Notes: generated from the sequence alone by a model not told the origin. A stretch of DNA of 64,000 bases from Balanoglossus misakiensis (GCA_040954595.2 CM082586.2:7967337-8031336), one strand, 5' to 3'; counted from the stretch's first letter, positions 28,171 through 42,533 are shown. Numbers and translations are program-made.

Positions 28171-31100
28171 TTAGACAGGTATTAATTCATCATCGCTGTC
28201 ATCACTATCATCCTCATCAATTTCTCCATCAATTGATGATCGGCGTTTCTTGACCAGTGCAACCAGGAGTCCAATAATAAAGATCTGTAGTGGATCACAA
28301 CAGAAAAGAAAAGGTTGTTAGTATCCTCTATGACTCGTATCCTCACAAACAGGCAAACAGCTAACATTCCACCAAGACAGAGTCACCCCCCCCCCAAAAA
28401 AATGAAAACAAACAAAAAAACCAACAACAACAAAAACAACAACGGCAACAGTATGGGCTGAGGTGAGATGCAAATAATGGCCGACCATCTCAATTCTGAG
28501 CGATCTACTATTAATCCCAATTTTCCAACTTTAACAACTAGTTCATTCCAATTATAACCAATCATCAGTTGGTTCATATCAGTGATAATGTTGCTGTCAC
28601 TACATGATCATGCTCACCAGCACTGTGCAAAACATAATTGCCTATTTTCAGCTCAAACGTGAGGCAAATTACTATTAGACACATATTTTGGTATTTTCAT
28701 GGCATCATGTTGCACAATGTGCTTCCATATTGTTTGTCGAGTCAGTGGCACGTCATATGGGCTTAGAGGGCACACAGTTAGAATAGTGCTCTATTTGGTA
28801 CTCACCCCAATGAAAGCCCAGTTGGCCCAGTAGTAACATGCTCCAAACACCCACATCTGATAGAAATACTTTGTCAACAGTGATGACATCTGAGTCATAA
28901 CACACTCATCTGCAGGAGGGAGAAAAGAGGCAAAGACAAGCAGAGAGCAATCAACAAATTATGTCAGATGACTAGAATATGGAAAATTATACAGTGATTT
29001 GTTTTTCAAATCTGTTGATCTATCTTATAAAATCACACATGATTGGTCACAGAATTTCTGCAGGTAATTGTGATTGCAAAATGAACAACAAGTTTGCTGT
29101 TTGGCTTAAAGTCTTTTAAATTTTCCTGAATGAAAGCTGGCTGAAGTATGACTGTACATATGTATAAATGTTTTGTATTACACATTACCAACATAGAAAT
29201 ATTATTTTATGGACAAGAACATGTAGTTAGAGCATGAAAGGTATACAGTCACCTATGCACATTTAGCCAATTAAAATGGCAAGTTAGGTCTAACAAAAGA
29301 CAGATTTTCACAGGGTGGCCACAAGCGCCTATGTTCTTTTAAGACCCAAACCATACATGTATCAGGGTATATGTAACTATAGTCTACAATGTCATCAGAG
29401 TATCTTTGGTAAAATAAAATATTAAGACAGTCCTTACCTTCCGGTGCTCCAGTATTACACTGTTCAAGTGTCACTGTTTGATTGTTAATTGCATCCTGTA
29501 ATGTAATACAAAAACATTAAATTAAATATAAATTACACCATGTGTTCCCGACAGCTCTGTGTCTGTCTAATGACTGTCAAAAAGTGAAACATGATCAGTA
29601 TTACTATAATACCGGTACTTACAATGTATTTCTGTGATCCAAATGTAACATACTGTGGTACAGTGTTATATAGCATCACATTAAATGCCAGGATAATAAG
29701 CATCATGATTTCGCACATAAATAGAAGTCCCTGTGTCTTTGTCTTGTGTGGTCGGATCTTAAACATCTGAAAATTAGACACAGTTATATGAGAACGCAGT
29801 TACAGATGTATTTATGCAAAGATGAGATATATCATCTGTTAAACAGCAAAAACACCTGTTTTGTACATGATAAAACATTAATCTTGTTGACAACAAGATT
29901 ATGGCCAAGCAAGTATGTGCATGAAATAACAATATTCTCAAAAATATTCCTGAAATGAAGAAACATATTTGTTTTGCATTTAATATGTAATTTTCACTGA
30001 CTAATATTCAGATATGTTTTTGATAAAACAATTTTATTATTACCAACTGACAGTGATACATGGAATGTTTTGGAAGAGGTTTCTTTATAGTTTTGTCATA
30101 TATTGACGACAGAAAATAAAAAATCTTACCCGGAGACAGAAGAACCAAATACCAATTTTCTTGATGCCAGTCATGGTGGCAATCACAAAGTAGAGTACAA
30201 TCAAACACATCACCACATAGTCCAGTGGAAATACCTGAGAAGTCAACACCAAATGTGAGTCTGATGATTGTGGACAAAATAAACTGGTTTTACACATAGC
30301 AAAACAGCAAAACAAACAACCAGTTATTTGCCTGTTTATACTAAACATTGAAGTATGAATGACATCATATAAATTCAACGAAAGCCGAGACTCTCATATA
30401 GCTGCTTTCAGGAGTGGTTGCCTTCTACCAATTACCAAAGTCCTAAAATACCAGAAGTATCTAAACTGATATAGGGAAACCTGACCGTGTACAGGTCAAA
30501 CTTTTATACCAGTAGTGGTTTCTTTTTGAAATTTTGCAAAATGGGGTAAACTGATTTTATGAAAGTCCACATCACATGAACACTGTCTAAAGCAAAGACA
30601 TAGGTTTTCAACTCACAGCTTGACAGTAGACCAAAGTGACATCCAGGGGGTTAGGTAAAGTTTTCTGTGGCAAGATGTAACCAGTCTTCGGCCCAAACGA
30701 GTGTAACAACTTGTCAATACTGTAATGTAAAAGGTAACCAACAGTCAAAGTTGTGAAACTATATGGGTTTTCATGGAAAATTATACGCTGTACAGTAACA
30801 AAAGCAGTCTTTCAATATCTGTAAATTTAAGGTATTCTGCACAATAAAAGAATGTAAAAGGGTCAGTCTGGTAATTGATAACAATACAGTACATGAACCT
30901 AATGACGATTAACTTAAAGGGCGATGATCATCTTATGCGCATGTGCCAAACCAGGGACTCTGTCGCTATAGTGACTTGCCACAAAAGTGTCAGTACTGTC
31001 AGTCGCACTTTTGGTCGCAGATAACCTGTACATCCTTCAAATGACACAAAGAATACCAAGGCAATGTTTCCTAAACACCATGGGTAGATAATCCAATGAA

Positions 31101-34100
31101 CAGTTTGCCCTGGTGGATTGTTAGCAGGATGCATTATATGAAAGTTATTACGTCACAGCCGTGTTGAATTCGGAGTCAAAGGTGACATTTGCAAAATTTC
31201 AGAGAAATCTGTCCTACCAGGTACACAGTACATTTTTTGTAACCAGAGTCTCTGGTTTGGCACATGCGTATAAGATGATCATCACCCTTTAAGTAACTAT
31301 CTACCTTGTTAAAAGTAATGACAGCAATATAAGGAGTGCCAGCAATGCCAGAAGGATTCCAAAGAGGATTTCGAACGGCCGCCACAGACAGGAACATTTA
31401 TTACACCAGCTTTTATCAGCTTTCTTAAGATGCCGTTCCCTTCTTTTGATAAGTCTCTCCTTGTCTTGAAGATTCTTCAGTTGTGATCGGTCCCTTCTAG
31501 ACATTGTACGTCGTGTGTTCTTGTACTGTCAATGCAAGAGAAGAAGCTTTTGTAGTACCCTCTAAAATGGCCACAGATACCAAAGTTCAGATACAACTGC
31601 AATGTACCGGCATAACACTACACTACACACTAATACAGTAAAACCTGTCTAAACCGAACACCAAAGGGACTGAAGAAATTGTTCAGTTTGCAGAGGTGTC
31701 TGGTTTATAGACGTTCTTTTAACATGTGGTTCTATGTAAATGAGAAAGAAAGTGTTCGCTTAAAACAGGTTTTACTATACAAAGTAATGCAATGAAATAG
31801 AAAGTGATGATGCAACCCGGAGATAGTTGTTCATTGGTCACATGACACAGCTTTTGTTATCCAAATTAGGGTCATGTTAGGTCAGTTCATCTGTGGTTTA
31901 GCTTGGGTCGCGAGATCGCATCAGCAATATTCAAGAACACTGGCGACAGCGAGAGGTTATCGTGAATTTTGAGGTTCTCAAGCAATTACCTTGTTGCGAA
32001 TGGCTGCAATTTCATTCTGTACGTCATCACAGTCATCCTGTACTTCCACTATCTCATCCTTGGTGTTTCTGCTCCCAAATATCATATCAATGGGCAAAGC
32101 GTTCATACCATATGCCTTGAAAATAACAAACGGATAATACCTCAACACAATTCTTTACTATCAATCACGTGATCTAGTAATGTGACCCATGGTGTTGTCA
32201 TTTCCAGGTGACAGGCAAGCAATATTTCAGCATCCAGTAAAAGTTTTTCCGAGTATGTTTTTTACTTTAGAACCGCCAGACACGTAACATGTATCAGGCA
32301 TGGTCTCTCATCAGCCTCATGGCGTTTCGTCTGCACAGTCTTTGTCCGCACCATGTTGTTGAAATTGCCCGTCAGCTGGAAATTTGAATGCCAGTGTAAC
32401 TGCATCTGAGCGCAATTGACGTCATTTGATTTCGAAAAATACTGCCACTAAATGAAAGTCCCCTAGTGTTTTGACTAAGAAATGTGACTGTGAATTATAA
32501 ATTAAGATAAATTCTCTGCATCTTTTAGATAGATATTTTGAAAGAAACATTCTATCAATTAGTCTGTCTTGCTGTCTCCAAACACAAACCTCCCTCATTT
32601 CAAAATTTACCCATCATTTCTTCCAACTTTTAGTTTTATACTTACTGTATAAATCACCAATAACAGCATACCAATTAAAGTCAGAACACAGATACAAAAC
32701 GATACAGCATTCTCTCCATCTGATACAAAGGGAAAAGTTAGTATGTCAAAAAATGTTAATATACAGTATTTTATTTTGATAAATGCCAAGTTTAAGGATG
32801 TACGTTCAGTAAAATTGAAAGTATTGTCATTTTTTTTAATTGTGAATTTTTTTATTATCCTTTGTATATATAATGAAAATCCGTAATAAAATATAGGGGT
32901 CACCGCGCTTGTTTTTGAAATACAGAGCCATGACTTTAGTCGATAATAGAAGAAAACTGCTGACTCAGCATTTTTCACCAATGGTTTGTCTATGGGCAAA
33001 ATTTTTGACGCAATTTATCTCAAAATAGAGCGCGGTGACCCCTATATTTTATTTGACCAATGAATTTATACTTACTGGACTGAGCTATGTGTAAAATTTC
33101 GTGAAAATGACAATGACCGGGCGCGCACTATTTCCGGTTTATGTTCTGCGCGTACATCCTAAAGTATTATAAATATTGCACTGTTGGAATCGTGTGTGGG
33201 GGTAAATTCAAACATTATCGATACTAGACCTTTAAACATTGATGAGAAAACTAACAAATCTGAACTTACGGTTTGTTCCAAGTCCTTGAAATAAATCTTG
33301 CAATTTTTCCCACTCTGTTTCATTTCTACCTGGTGAAGCTTGGGTTGGTACGAAAGCACTGAAACATCAAAGTATACGATTAGGCTATCACAGGTTGTGT
33401 ACAAAGGTTAAAACCATGGACCATTTTGTAAGGCTAATTTCATATAGATAAATTCTGGACAATGGCTTTCCTCAGAGGTATACACCTTTTTCATAAAGAG
33501 GGCGCCCTTCCATGACGACACGAAAATGAGGCTAGTAGGTCACAGAGTAAAAACTTTTCGTCTTGTGTGTCGTTGATATAGTTGGGACCGGCGTTTGACA
33601 GCCACGTTTTATTGTAAGGTAAATTTTACACGCAACTTGTATCATATACATGTACAATAGTTTTTATCCATCGGCAGTACGTATTTTAAACCAAACTTAA
33701 TTTTGAGTGCCATTGTTTCAGCTATTTCCTTTCATTCTTTTATCAGGGTTTTATTAACATTTTTAGTATGTATAATTTCAACTTGTATGTCCTGTTCTTT
33801 TTGTCTTTTACGAGCGCATGTGGAAAGGCAATTTCCAATGCTCTGTATGCATATGGCAATAAATTATATTATTATTATTATTATACAACAAACCAGACGA
33901 GCTCTTCAAGCAGTACTCTGTGGCTATAACGGGCCTCGTTTTTAGGTATAGTCTGCTTGGAGATGCAACATATTTTGTAAAGGTGCCCTCTTTATGAAAT
34001 GGGCCTATATAGGTAGGATTTTGGGTGTATGCATCACAGGTTTCAGAAAACTGTGAACTCTGAAAAGAACAAGCCCAAATTTTGAGAATGTACAGTTCGG

Positions 34101-37100
34101 TGTTAGCTTCGAAAGAGACTTGGAAATATTGCATGGAAGATACATGGAAAGATCTTAAAGGTAGAAATCAACTGTACTCACCCAACAATTAACAGAACTG
34201 CAGCAAAGAAAACAAACACAACGGTGAACTTCGTAGCCCCACATATCCTCTAGGAAATAAAAAGGAACATAAATTGACTTTAATCAGATGAGAGACTGTG
34301 GTACACCCAATCACTTTGAAGATAACTGAATTCAGAATCGTGGTGTATGAGAGATACAACAGTGAGCATCTCTCTCTCTCTCTCTCAGATCCCATGACAA
34401 CTACACATGCAGGAAGTGGATCTGTTAATAATCATTCCAAATACTAATGATGTCATTTATGTGCACATTTCTATAGCATCAACTCGGTTTAAACTTTAAT
34501 CAACAGTAGTCTTTCGCCGCATGGCCACAGCCATGATTTTATAATTTCCAATCCAGTTCAACTTACACTTCTTGTAGTGGAATCTTCATCATACTCTTCA
34601 TAGTAAAAATACATGAATGGTAAGACCAGAAACATAAAGAAGATCTCCAGTGCATACATTGCTGTGGGTAGAAAAAGAAGGCAGGTTATTACTGTTATAC
34701 ATATGTTACTATAGCAACGATGTGTTAAATATCTGACCATTAGATGGTTGTGTACACCCCACCAGCTGAAGAATCCATATGATTTTGAATACCCGTAAAG
34801 AATACAGATCTCTTTGGTAGGAAAAGTTTTTGAGGGGTATGTATGAATGCAGGAAAGGAATTCTAATATTTATTCCACTTTCATACAAGAAAACTTGGAT
34901 GCAGAAATGGCTGTCAGCTCATTTGGAACACAGGTCAGCCATTTGACAGTTAATTGCTACATGTTTTCTAGTTCTGGTGACGCCCTCAACATTCGAGTTC
35001 TGTCACATTCACAGCCGGCTGCTTTTGCTCTAGGCAATTCTCCACATGGGTGGATGAAACTTGCTTTCTGTATAATATTGAGTCTTGTTCTCCCAGAAAC
35101 CAGAAATATGAACAAGTTGGATAATTTACACACTTAAATTTATGTATCATTCTATGTATCAAGTCTACCGGTATGTCTGTCTAGACTTACTATAATATGC
35201 ATAGAGCATCATGTCCTCCATAGCTTGACGAGTTTCATTGTTACTGGCCCAGTCCTGTAATAGACCAGATACAGTAAGTATAAAAATTGTATTAAAGGCA
35301 ATAGATCATCTCACGCGCATGCGCATAACTCCATTCAAATAGTGGACTGCCTTCGCTTCCTTCCATATTTCATGCGCACTGTATAAGTAGATTCTGGTTT
35401 TGTCCCTCCTTTTCACCCAAGCTAGTCTCTTTCCCCGATCTCCGGCACAGATTATGGTCGCCGCCATCTTCTCTGTTGTTAGGACAGAACACTGCCTTAT
35501 GGGATTGACTGTTCACTAAATGTCTGTAACCAGCGGCTACAGCTGGAACATGCGTGTGAGACGAGCTAGGCGCTTTAATTAAGCAATAACCCCCGATGCA
35601 GGCGGGTATACACGAGATTTGGGTACAATTTGAGACATATAGTACAAGCCGTTAGGCTGTACATGTACAATGATCCCTACCTTAAAGGTGCCATCTGGAT
35701 CTTTCATAAAAGATACCAGAAATATATCAACTGGTACAAGGGCAACTGTCAGGAGTGCTACAGTCAGAGCCAATACAGCTAAAGAGAAAGAAAAATCAAG
35801 ATTAATTTCAATTTTTCAACAAGAAAGTTCGGTAGCAGGTAATGCTACTTCACACTACCAACTGAAATGCAATCCATGCTCGTGAAGTGCCATGAGGAGT
35901 TATAAAACAGGAAAACATAAACAGTTTTAGCATAAAACCATAGACCGTAGAAATTAAAAAATGGAGTAGAATAAGAAATGATTGTTGAAATATTTCACAA
36001 AAAGTTGAAAAACACTTAAGTCTAAATTACAGATGTGGTACCTAAGTATAACTTTTTTATGACCAGTTCCCAGTTTAACAATAAATTTCAAAATACATTA
36101 TTAGTACTTGACATACCTGTCACTGTTGTGCTGGTTTCGCTGTCACTTTTACATCGAAAATACCTCACATACAAAATTGTAAATATTATGATCAGCTGTG
36201 AAAAAAATAAACAATTAGTCAATCCATAACAAATACGTAAAATTAATACAATTCACATGTTGCTATATATATTAACAATAAACCTATTGTTTGTATACAC
36301 AACTCTTACTGTCTGTTAAGAAACAATGGGGGAAAAAGGTGGGTTGTGCACTATTTCTCCCTTTCAAGCCTCAAATGAAAAATGTTGTTATGTAACTTCC
36401 TGTTCGGGCTGTTCTCCCCCCAAAAAACTTTTACAGCAGTATGAATGAACAATGGTGATATGAATTATTCAGAGTTGTTTTTGGAGAATATGTTGACTAA
36501 ATTTCAAACAGATTACAAATTTATGTTGTCTTTGATTCATTTGAGTTGTCATGGTTACTCCAGAGGACTAAGTTCACCTCTGTGGAGTATGATATTGCCC
36601 ATACAAGGAAATAACTTTTACACTCTGTTTAGTTCAGGAAATATCATACCTTTGGTGGGGACACTGTTTAAATTACTTTAATTCGTTTTCCAGTTTGGGT
36701 TACAAAAATATGGCTTTGTTGGGCACCATATGTTTACATTATAGCATTCTTGGTTGTATTTTTGTACTGATTAACTTTGGTTTAAATAAATAAAAGGGGA
36801 GGGAGTGACCCTGATTTTTGGCAAAGTGAATAAATAAATGTGTGTTGTGAAAGTGTTAAATTTATCCACAACCCTTAAGTAGAGTAAATTGACGATTCCC
36901 CGATAAAACGAACATGAATAATGAAAGTGAAACTAATACAAAGTGATATGAAGAACTCCAAGATTCCGGAAGTCTTAGTCAAGATTACAAGTTACACTAG
37001 TTATACACTGCAGTGTGTGGTAATATAATAATAAAAAAAAAAAAATATCAAGAACGCACAGCGCGTCGTGAGCATACTAAATGGTCAAAATTTGAACATT

Positions 37101-37661
37101 CAGATCGTATATGATTGAAAATATAGCACAAATGCCACTATTATTGTAAACATCACGGTATTTACACCGTCACAGTGACATGTGAATTGTACTGCCAAGC
37201 GAGCGGATCTTGGACTGTACCATACTGCGGCGGTGAAGGTTCGCATTAGGGTTAGGGTTATGTCTGTATTTAAAAATGACTAAAGCGATTTCGTTTCGTG
37301 TCCAAAGTCAAGTTTAGGTTTCTAAATACAGTCATTTAACAGTCATTTTAAATGAAGTCATAACCCTAACCCAAACGCTAACTCTAATGCTAACCATGGC
37401 CACCAGCAGAGAATAGTACACTCCAAGTTGCAGTCGTCAGGCAGTACATTTCACAAATGAAGTGTGGGGCGGAGTGCGTCATCTGTGATTTTCCCGTTAA
37501 GAAACGTTCACATTGAACATGTTAACACGCTTTTCTTTTAAGAATCAGCAAGGATCTTAGTGCTGTTATCAACGTCCAATCTCAACTAGATAACTCACCC
37601 CCACAACAACAGTAAACGGTATCCAACTGGCAGCAAGAACTGAATGTGGAATATCCGCCAT
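28171..37661 (-). CDS. LMBRD1: LMBR1 domain-containing protein 1 (lysosomal cobalamin transport escort protein LMBD1); 16 coding exons, ~534 aa
   Basis: Exons (-): 37599-37661, 36117-36195, 35681-35778, 35191-35254, 34567-34661, 34182-34249, 33270-33358, 32646-32719, 31990-32115, 31305-31525, 30617-30719, 30130-30234, 29623-29766, 29438-29495, 28806-28909, 28171-28284. Phases are consistent and the total is 1605 nt. Peptides match LMBD1: ALVPVDIFLVSFMK, LPFMYFYYEEYDED, GAFVP..NETEWEK, VFPLDY, GIKKIGIWFF, PQYVTFGSQKY, YYWANWAFIG, acidic C-terminus. Confidence 0.93.
30914..31292. mobile_element. Kolobok-like MITE with ~45-bp TIRs, TTAA TSD
   Basis: ttaa|agggcgatgatcatcttatgcgcatgtgccaaaccagggactctg ... 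cagagtctctggtttggcacatgcgtataagatgatcatcaccct|ttaa. Confidence 0.85.
31634..31779. mobile_element. Tc1/mariner (Tigger/pogo-like) MITE, TA-flanked
   Basis: ta|cagtaaaacctgtctaa ... ttaaaacaggttttacta|ta. Confidence 0.6.
32792..33163. mobile_element. Kolobok-like MITE
   Basis: ttaaggatgtacg ... cgtacatcctaaa termini. A second copy lies at 16914-17305. Confidence 0.7.
35292..35578. mobile_element. Kolobok-like MITE (family shared with 3815-4135)
   Basis: ttaaaggc...gctttaa termini; colinear with 3815-4135. Confidence 0.7.
37180..37457. mobile_element. Inverted-repeat element carrying (TTAGGG)n/(CCCTAA)n arms (Helentron/HINE-like MITE)
   Basis: tgtgaattgtactgcc...ttagggttagggttatg...aaaatgact mirrors agtcatttt...cataaccctaaccc...ggcagtacatttcaca. 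The family assignment is inference. Confidence 0.5.
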
Positions 37662-38459
37662 CTTTCTGTGCAAAAAGTTTGCCTCTTGGGGGCGCTATCG
37701 GTGACAAGTGACTGATCCAGCTGGACGTGGACTTGAAGGGAGGATCAAGGATCGGACCCCGGGGATCGCCGGACCAGACCACAAGTCGCAGCCACAGTCG
37801 ACCCCGCGGCGTGAAAACCCACTTTACAATCGACTGTGGTCGCAGTGTTCGAATTTGAGCCATGACCAGTCGGTATAGAGTTCCATGGAAAAAGAATATA
37901 TTTGTATACCGCATGCGTGTCCCAACTCCGTCGATCGGACATGAACCCCGGAGATGCCACTTCTCTGACTTCTGTTTTGCCAATTTCAACCTATCTCTCA
38001 AAACAATAAATGATGTATAAGGAGGAAATGATGTATAATGTATTTCAAATAACTTTCAAAATAAGCACTCTAGCTTTCAGAGTAAAGATGTAAATGAACT
38101 TCTCATTTTCACCAAGGACCGCATGTGCTGTTAAGTTTTATAGGACATATCATTACACAGTGAAAGTCATCTTCTTTTTAGGGCCTATGCTTTATAATTG
38201 GCCTCCTCCTTAGTAAGCCATTTCCTTCTCAAACTCTAAACTAGTCTTAGTCTGGGGTTGTTGTTGCTGTCGTTGTTGTCACAATGCGCTCTTGCTTGCC
38301 ATGCAAACCTTTACGTCAATCACCGGGGGTCTATGTGTACTGTATGACCCGGCCCAACATATTAGTCCGTGCCATGTGAGTGACACCCCCGTGTACAAAG
38401 ATTAATGGCGCTGTGTATAAGTCGTCCTCAGCACAGTCCCCAGACGAGCAGATGCTAGT
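37662..38459. promoter_or_regulatory. Candidate bidirectional promoter between LMBRD1 and the SDR gene
   Basis: Start codons diverge ~800-860 bp apart. CpG-rich segment at 37690-37960. YY1-like AAGATGGCG overlaps the LMBRD1 ATG (37656-37664). TATAAG at 38416-38421 precedes the SDR. Confidence 0.45.
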
Positions 38460-38525
38460 ATGTGCTCGGTTGATGGCTGTGAGCAGAAATATCGAACCTC
38501 CGATTTGCTAAGACATTACCTAAAC

Positions 38526-39046
38526 ATGGAGAGTGTTCGCGGTTGTCTTAGCCTTATTTGGGAATTAGTTACTGTACTTTGGAAAATATTTGCGTGCTGT
38601 GTATGTGCGGGATTTCGTTGGATTTTCCCCCTTGATCCCAAAATTGTGAGAGGTGAGATAGTTTTGGTGACTGGTGCTGCTGGTTGGCTCGGGCGCCAAG
38701 TGGCCGTGGAGTTTGCCAAGCGTGGTGCTGTGCTGGTGTTGTGGGACGTCAATGAAGAAGGAAACGAGGCAACGGCTGATGAAGTGAGAGAGTATGGTGG
38801 TGACGCTTATGCCTATGTCTGTGACTGCAGCCAGCGGATTGACATTTACAAGGTAGCTACTCAGGTTCGAAAGGAAGTTGGCGATGTGAGTATTTTGATC
38901 AATAGTGCCGGAACGGTGGCCGGGAAAACGTTTCTTGAGATGGCAGACAACCTCCTGAAAGAAACCATCAGTGTCAACATGATGGCACATGTTTGGGTAA
39001 GTTCACATGTTATATATCCAAAGCAAGGCAATGATGATGATGATGG

Positions 39047-39077
<31 letters not shown>

Positions 39078-40168
39078 CACTGATGGTGGTGGTGATGATG
39101 ATGATGATGTCATTAAAATAGCTGCCTTCATCCTCAAATTAACCAGCTGCTGTTCTGATTTCTGTTGTTGCTAGACAACCAAAGCATTTTTGCCAGCAAT
39201 GCTTGAGAAGAACCATGGTCACATAGTGAATGTAACAAGTTCAGCTGGCTATGTGGCAGTCAATGGTTTGACAGATTACTGTGCAAGCAAGTTTGGTGCC
39301 GTCGGATTATCAGAATGTCTCCTCTATGAACTTGACTCCTTGAAAAAAGATGGTGTCCATCTCACCAATGTTGTACCTTATTACTTTGAGTATGGTTTAT
39401 TTGCTGGCTGTAATACAAGGTAAGGTGGACTGGCTATTTTGCCATATTTTGTAAAGTGGACTGGCTATTTTGCCATATATTGTATAGCGATCAGAAAAAG
39501 GGGAAATTGTGTATATATCTATGTGTGTTCAAATTATGCGGTTCGATTGGTCCGATACAAGCAGAACCCATTTAAATATAAAATTTAAAAATAAGCAGTT
39601 TCTATCATTTTTGTTATGACAGATTGTTGTGAGGTTAAAGAATTTATTTGTGTCTTCTTTACAGATTTCACAGATTATTTCCACCACTTTCCGGTGAGAA
39701 AGTACTGGGCCAAATCATGCAGGGTGTATTAACCAACCAATCTATGGTCTATATACCATGGCATATCAAACCAATGATCATTGCCAAAACGTAAGTCCCT
39801 AGTTTTCTGTTTTTCAGCTATGCCACCTGTATTAAGTTGACATCGCTTTCCTCTTATTCAGTGTACAATGAAACACACTTCTGAAACAACTTATGAAGTA
39901 CATTGTTTGAACAACAGTATTGTTGTTTGCATCGATAAATATGTCATCTCTTTAATATTTTATTCATCACCTGCAATACTTTTAAGAATGTACTGGTATC
40001 AAGCTGAAAGGTCATGAAAATGGCCTGTTCACACGACACACAGCCTAAATGAATGATTTATTCTTATTTTTCAGATTATTACCAGTGGATGCCTTTATAA
40101 TTTTGATGGATTTCTTGGGAGTTACCAATTTTATGGAGAACTTTTCTAAAAGGCAATCAAGATATTAA
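38526..40168 (+). CDS. Short-chain dehydrogenase/reductase, SDR16C (RDH10/SDR16C5/17-beta-HSD11-like); 4 coding exons, ~311 aa
   Basis: Exons 38526-38996 (alternative in-frame ATG at 38460), 39175-39419, 39665-39790, 40075-40168. Motifs: N-terminal hydrophobic anchor, GEIVLVTGAAGWLG (TGxxxGxG), VLWDVN, CDCS, VGDVSILINSAG, KAFLPAMLEKNHGHIV, catalytic YCASK. Confidence 0.92.
39031..39109. repeat. (GAT)n microsatellite in SDR intron 1
   Basis: Directly visible. It produces the spurious poly-Asp tail of ORF 38460..39083. Confidence 0.9.
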
Positions 40169-42334
40169 AAGAAAAATATGCCTACATATGCTTCTGGTCG
40201 ATGCAACTTTAACTGTACCTGGATCACCAAGCCCATGACAATTTCTTTAAGTTTAATTAACATCAGGACTTACAAGTTTGCTCTCACATCACATCGTCAA
40301 TAATTCTTGTTCCTATGGTGATACCTTTGAATTAATCATTTACAAGTTAACCAAGAAAAAAATGTTGTGGTCTGCATAATCAATCATCTCTTCCTAGTTT
40401 GCATATTTATACATTTGAAACAGATATATTTCAAGGTTGAAATTTTGGGCAATTTCATGTGATCCAATGGTGAATTATTTAATTTTTGAATTATGGCAAG
40501 TGCAATATTTGTGATTTTTGCTTTTTTTTCAAAAGCCATATTAATAAGTGTTAGCAAAGAGATGTGTTCATAGTGATCCTAACTACATATCCCATAATAT
40601 GATAGTGGGATAGAGCAGGTATTAATTTAGGCAATATGTGTATTTTGTAGTGTCTATGGACATAGTCCAGGAAGTGGAGACTTGTGGATTAGGTTCCGTC
40701 TATCCATCTGAAGCCACTATGTAAACATGCCTCGACCAGTTTAATTCAAACTTGGGGACAATTTACAATGTGTACATGCAGCTAAATATATTTCCCGATG
40801 ATATCCAATTTGACTGCCAGGCAGTTATTTTGTAATATGATTTTTTCATGTCCAGAGGCATAACTTAGAAATTCCTGAACTGGTTCAATTCAATCCTGGT
40901 ACATGTACATGGAATATGTATCATAATGCACAAATGCTTATCAATTAATTTTGTGATACGGTCGCTGGGAGGCCATTTTGTTACATTTTTTTTTGTTTGA
41001 GAGCCATTAATCTGATTAAACCAAGACCATTCAAACATGGTACAAGGATACTGTATTATGATGTACATATGCATGATATTAATGTATGTTACCATATGAT
41101 CAAGTTGCTAAGTTAAGATATTCTTCAAATTTGTATGATCTAATTTTGGCTGAAATTTGAGTTTGCTAATTTAAAAGTTATTATTAACTCTTCCTATAAC
41201 ATCATGTTAGTGAAATTCGAGAGTGTTGTCGAAGTTAATATGAAGACAAAGGTGCTAATCCTGGAATTGCTCAGTGACCAGTTGGAGAGCACAGACAATC
41301 AGAATGGAATGATTTGCTAAGAGTGATACCAAAGGAAAAAGCTCTGACGTTTCTACTAAAAATAGCGAAATGTAATTATGCCTAAAATGAACATTAATTA
41401 CTTGAAAAGAACAGGAAAGATTTCATGCATCAAAGTTCTGTACACATACATGTATTGCAGCTGTATTGCTCCCAGATTTAAAGAAAAAACCCTGTATTTA
41501 AAAAAATACCTTATCTGAGTTTTTGAAACAATATTAATTCTATTTGAAAATAAAACTTATAATCATTTTCAGGTTAAGCTAGTAAACATTTGAGCAGTCT
41601 CAAATCAACAACTCTCAAAACAATGATGGTCTATACCCAAATAAATAGACAATAATTTTGTCAATAAAGTGAAACCTTACACAGTCCAGCCAATCTACGA
41701 AGACTTACATATTTGACAGTTGCAAATTGCATTGAAAGTGATATAAAAATAGGATTATGTAAATAATGTTCTTATTGTGAACATGTGTGCGAATGTCTGA
41801 GTTTTAGAAATTATGTTTGTTAGAGGGCACATTGAACCTGGCAACTGCACTAGCTGTGGTTAAGATATTTGATCGAAGGCGAACATAATGTATTGTTTCA
41901 TAGTTGCATTGAAAAAACTGCTTGGACTGATCTATTCTAAGAGCCCTGATTTTTCAGGGACGTTTATATTGTACAATCAGGCATCTTAATGTCTCATAAA
42001 TATATATTATCAATGGATGTTGTGTCCGTTAGACCAGTCAGCAGTTTTGCAAGAAGCAGCTTATGTGAATGCCGTGGGGAAAGGAAGATTTATATCAAGT
42101 AGAATTGAAAGTGACATGCTGGTATGTCTTAAGCTTATACATGTATTACAGGGCTATGATCATGTAGAGATGTAAAGGGTTCAAAGTGTGTTGGGTGAAT
42201 GCACTATATTGTGTATAGGACCTGATTCCATACACAGCCTTATTTTGTGTTTCACCCTACAATTACCAGCAAAATACAATATTTTTCATTAAACGTGGTA
42301 TTGTCATGTTATTGTGCCTATACTTGAAATAAAA

Positions 42335-42533
42335 TACTGTAAATACTTTATTTTCGCGAGTTGAAATTTTTCGCGATATCGAGAGAGGCCACTGTTTCGC
42401 GAGTATTAATTTTCGCGTTCTCTTATTTCATTCAGTGCATCTTTATCTTCAAAAAAAAATTAACGTGACTTTTTATTTTCACGCTCGTTTGGCTCATCGC
42501 TTATTGATCGCGAAAATAAAGTGTTTTACAGTA
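42335..42533. mobile_element. TA-flanked MITE
   Basis: tactgtaaatactttattttcgcga ... tcgcgaaaataaagtgttttacagta terminal inverted repeats. Confidence 0.75.

Noticed and set aside
37582-38001. 139-aa minus-strand ORF
   Set aside because: It overlaps LMBRD1 exon 1 in another frame plus GC-rich promoter DNA, has a non-ATG start and shows no recognisable domain.
38997-39083. Poly-Asp C-terminus of ORF 38460..39083
   Set aside because: It is read-through past the gtaagt donor at 38997 into an intronic (GAT)n microsatellite.
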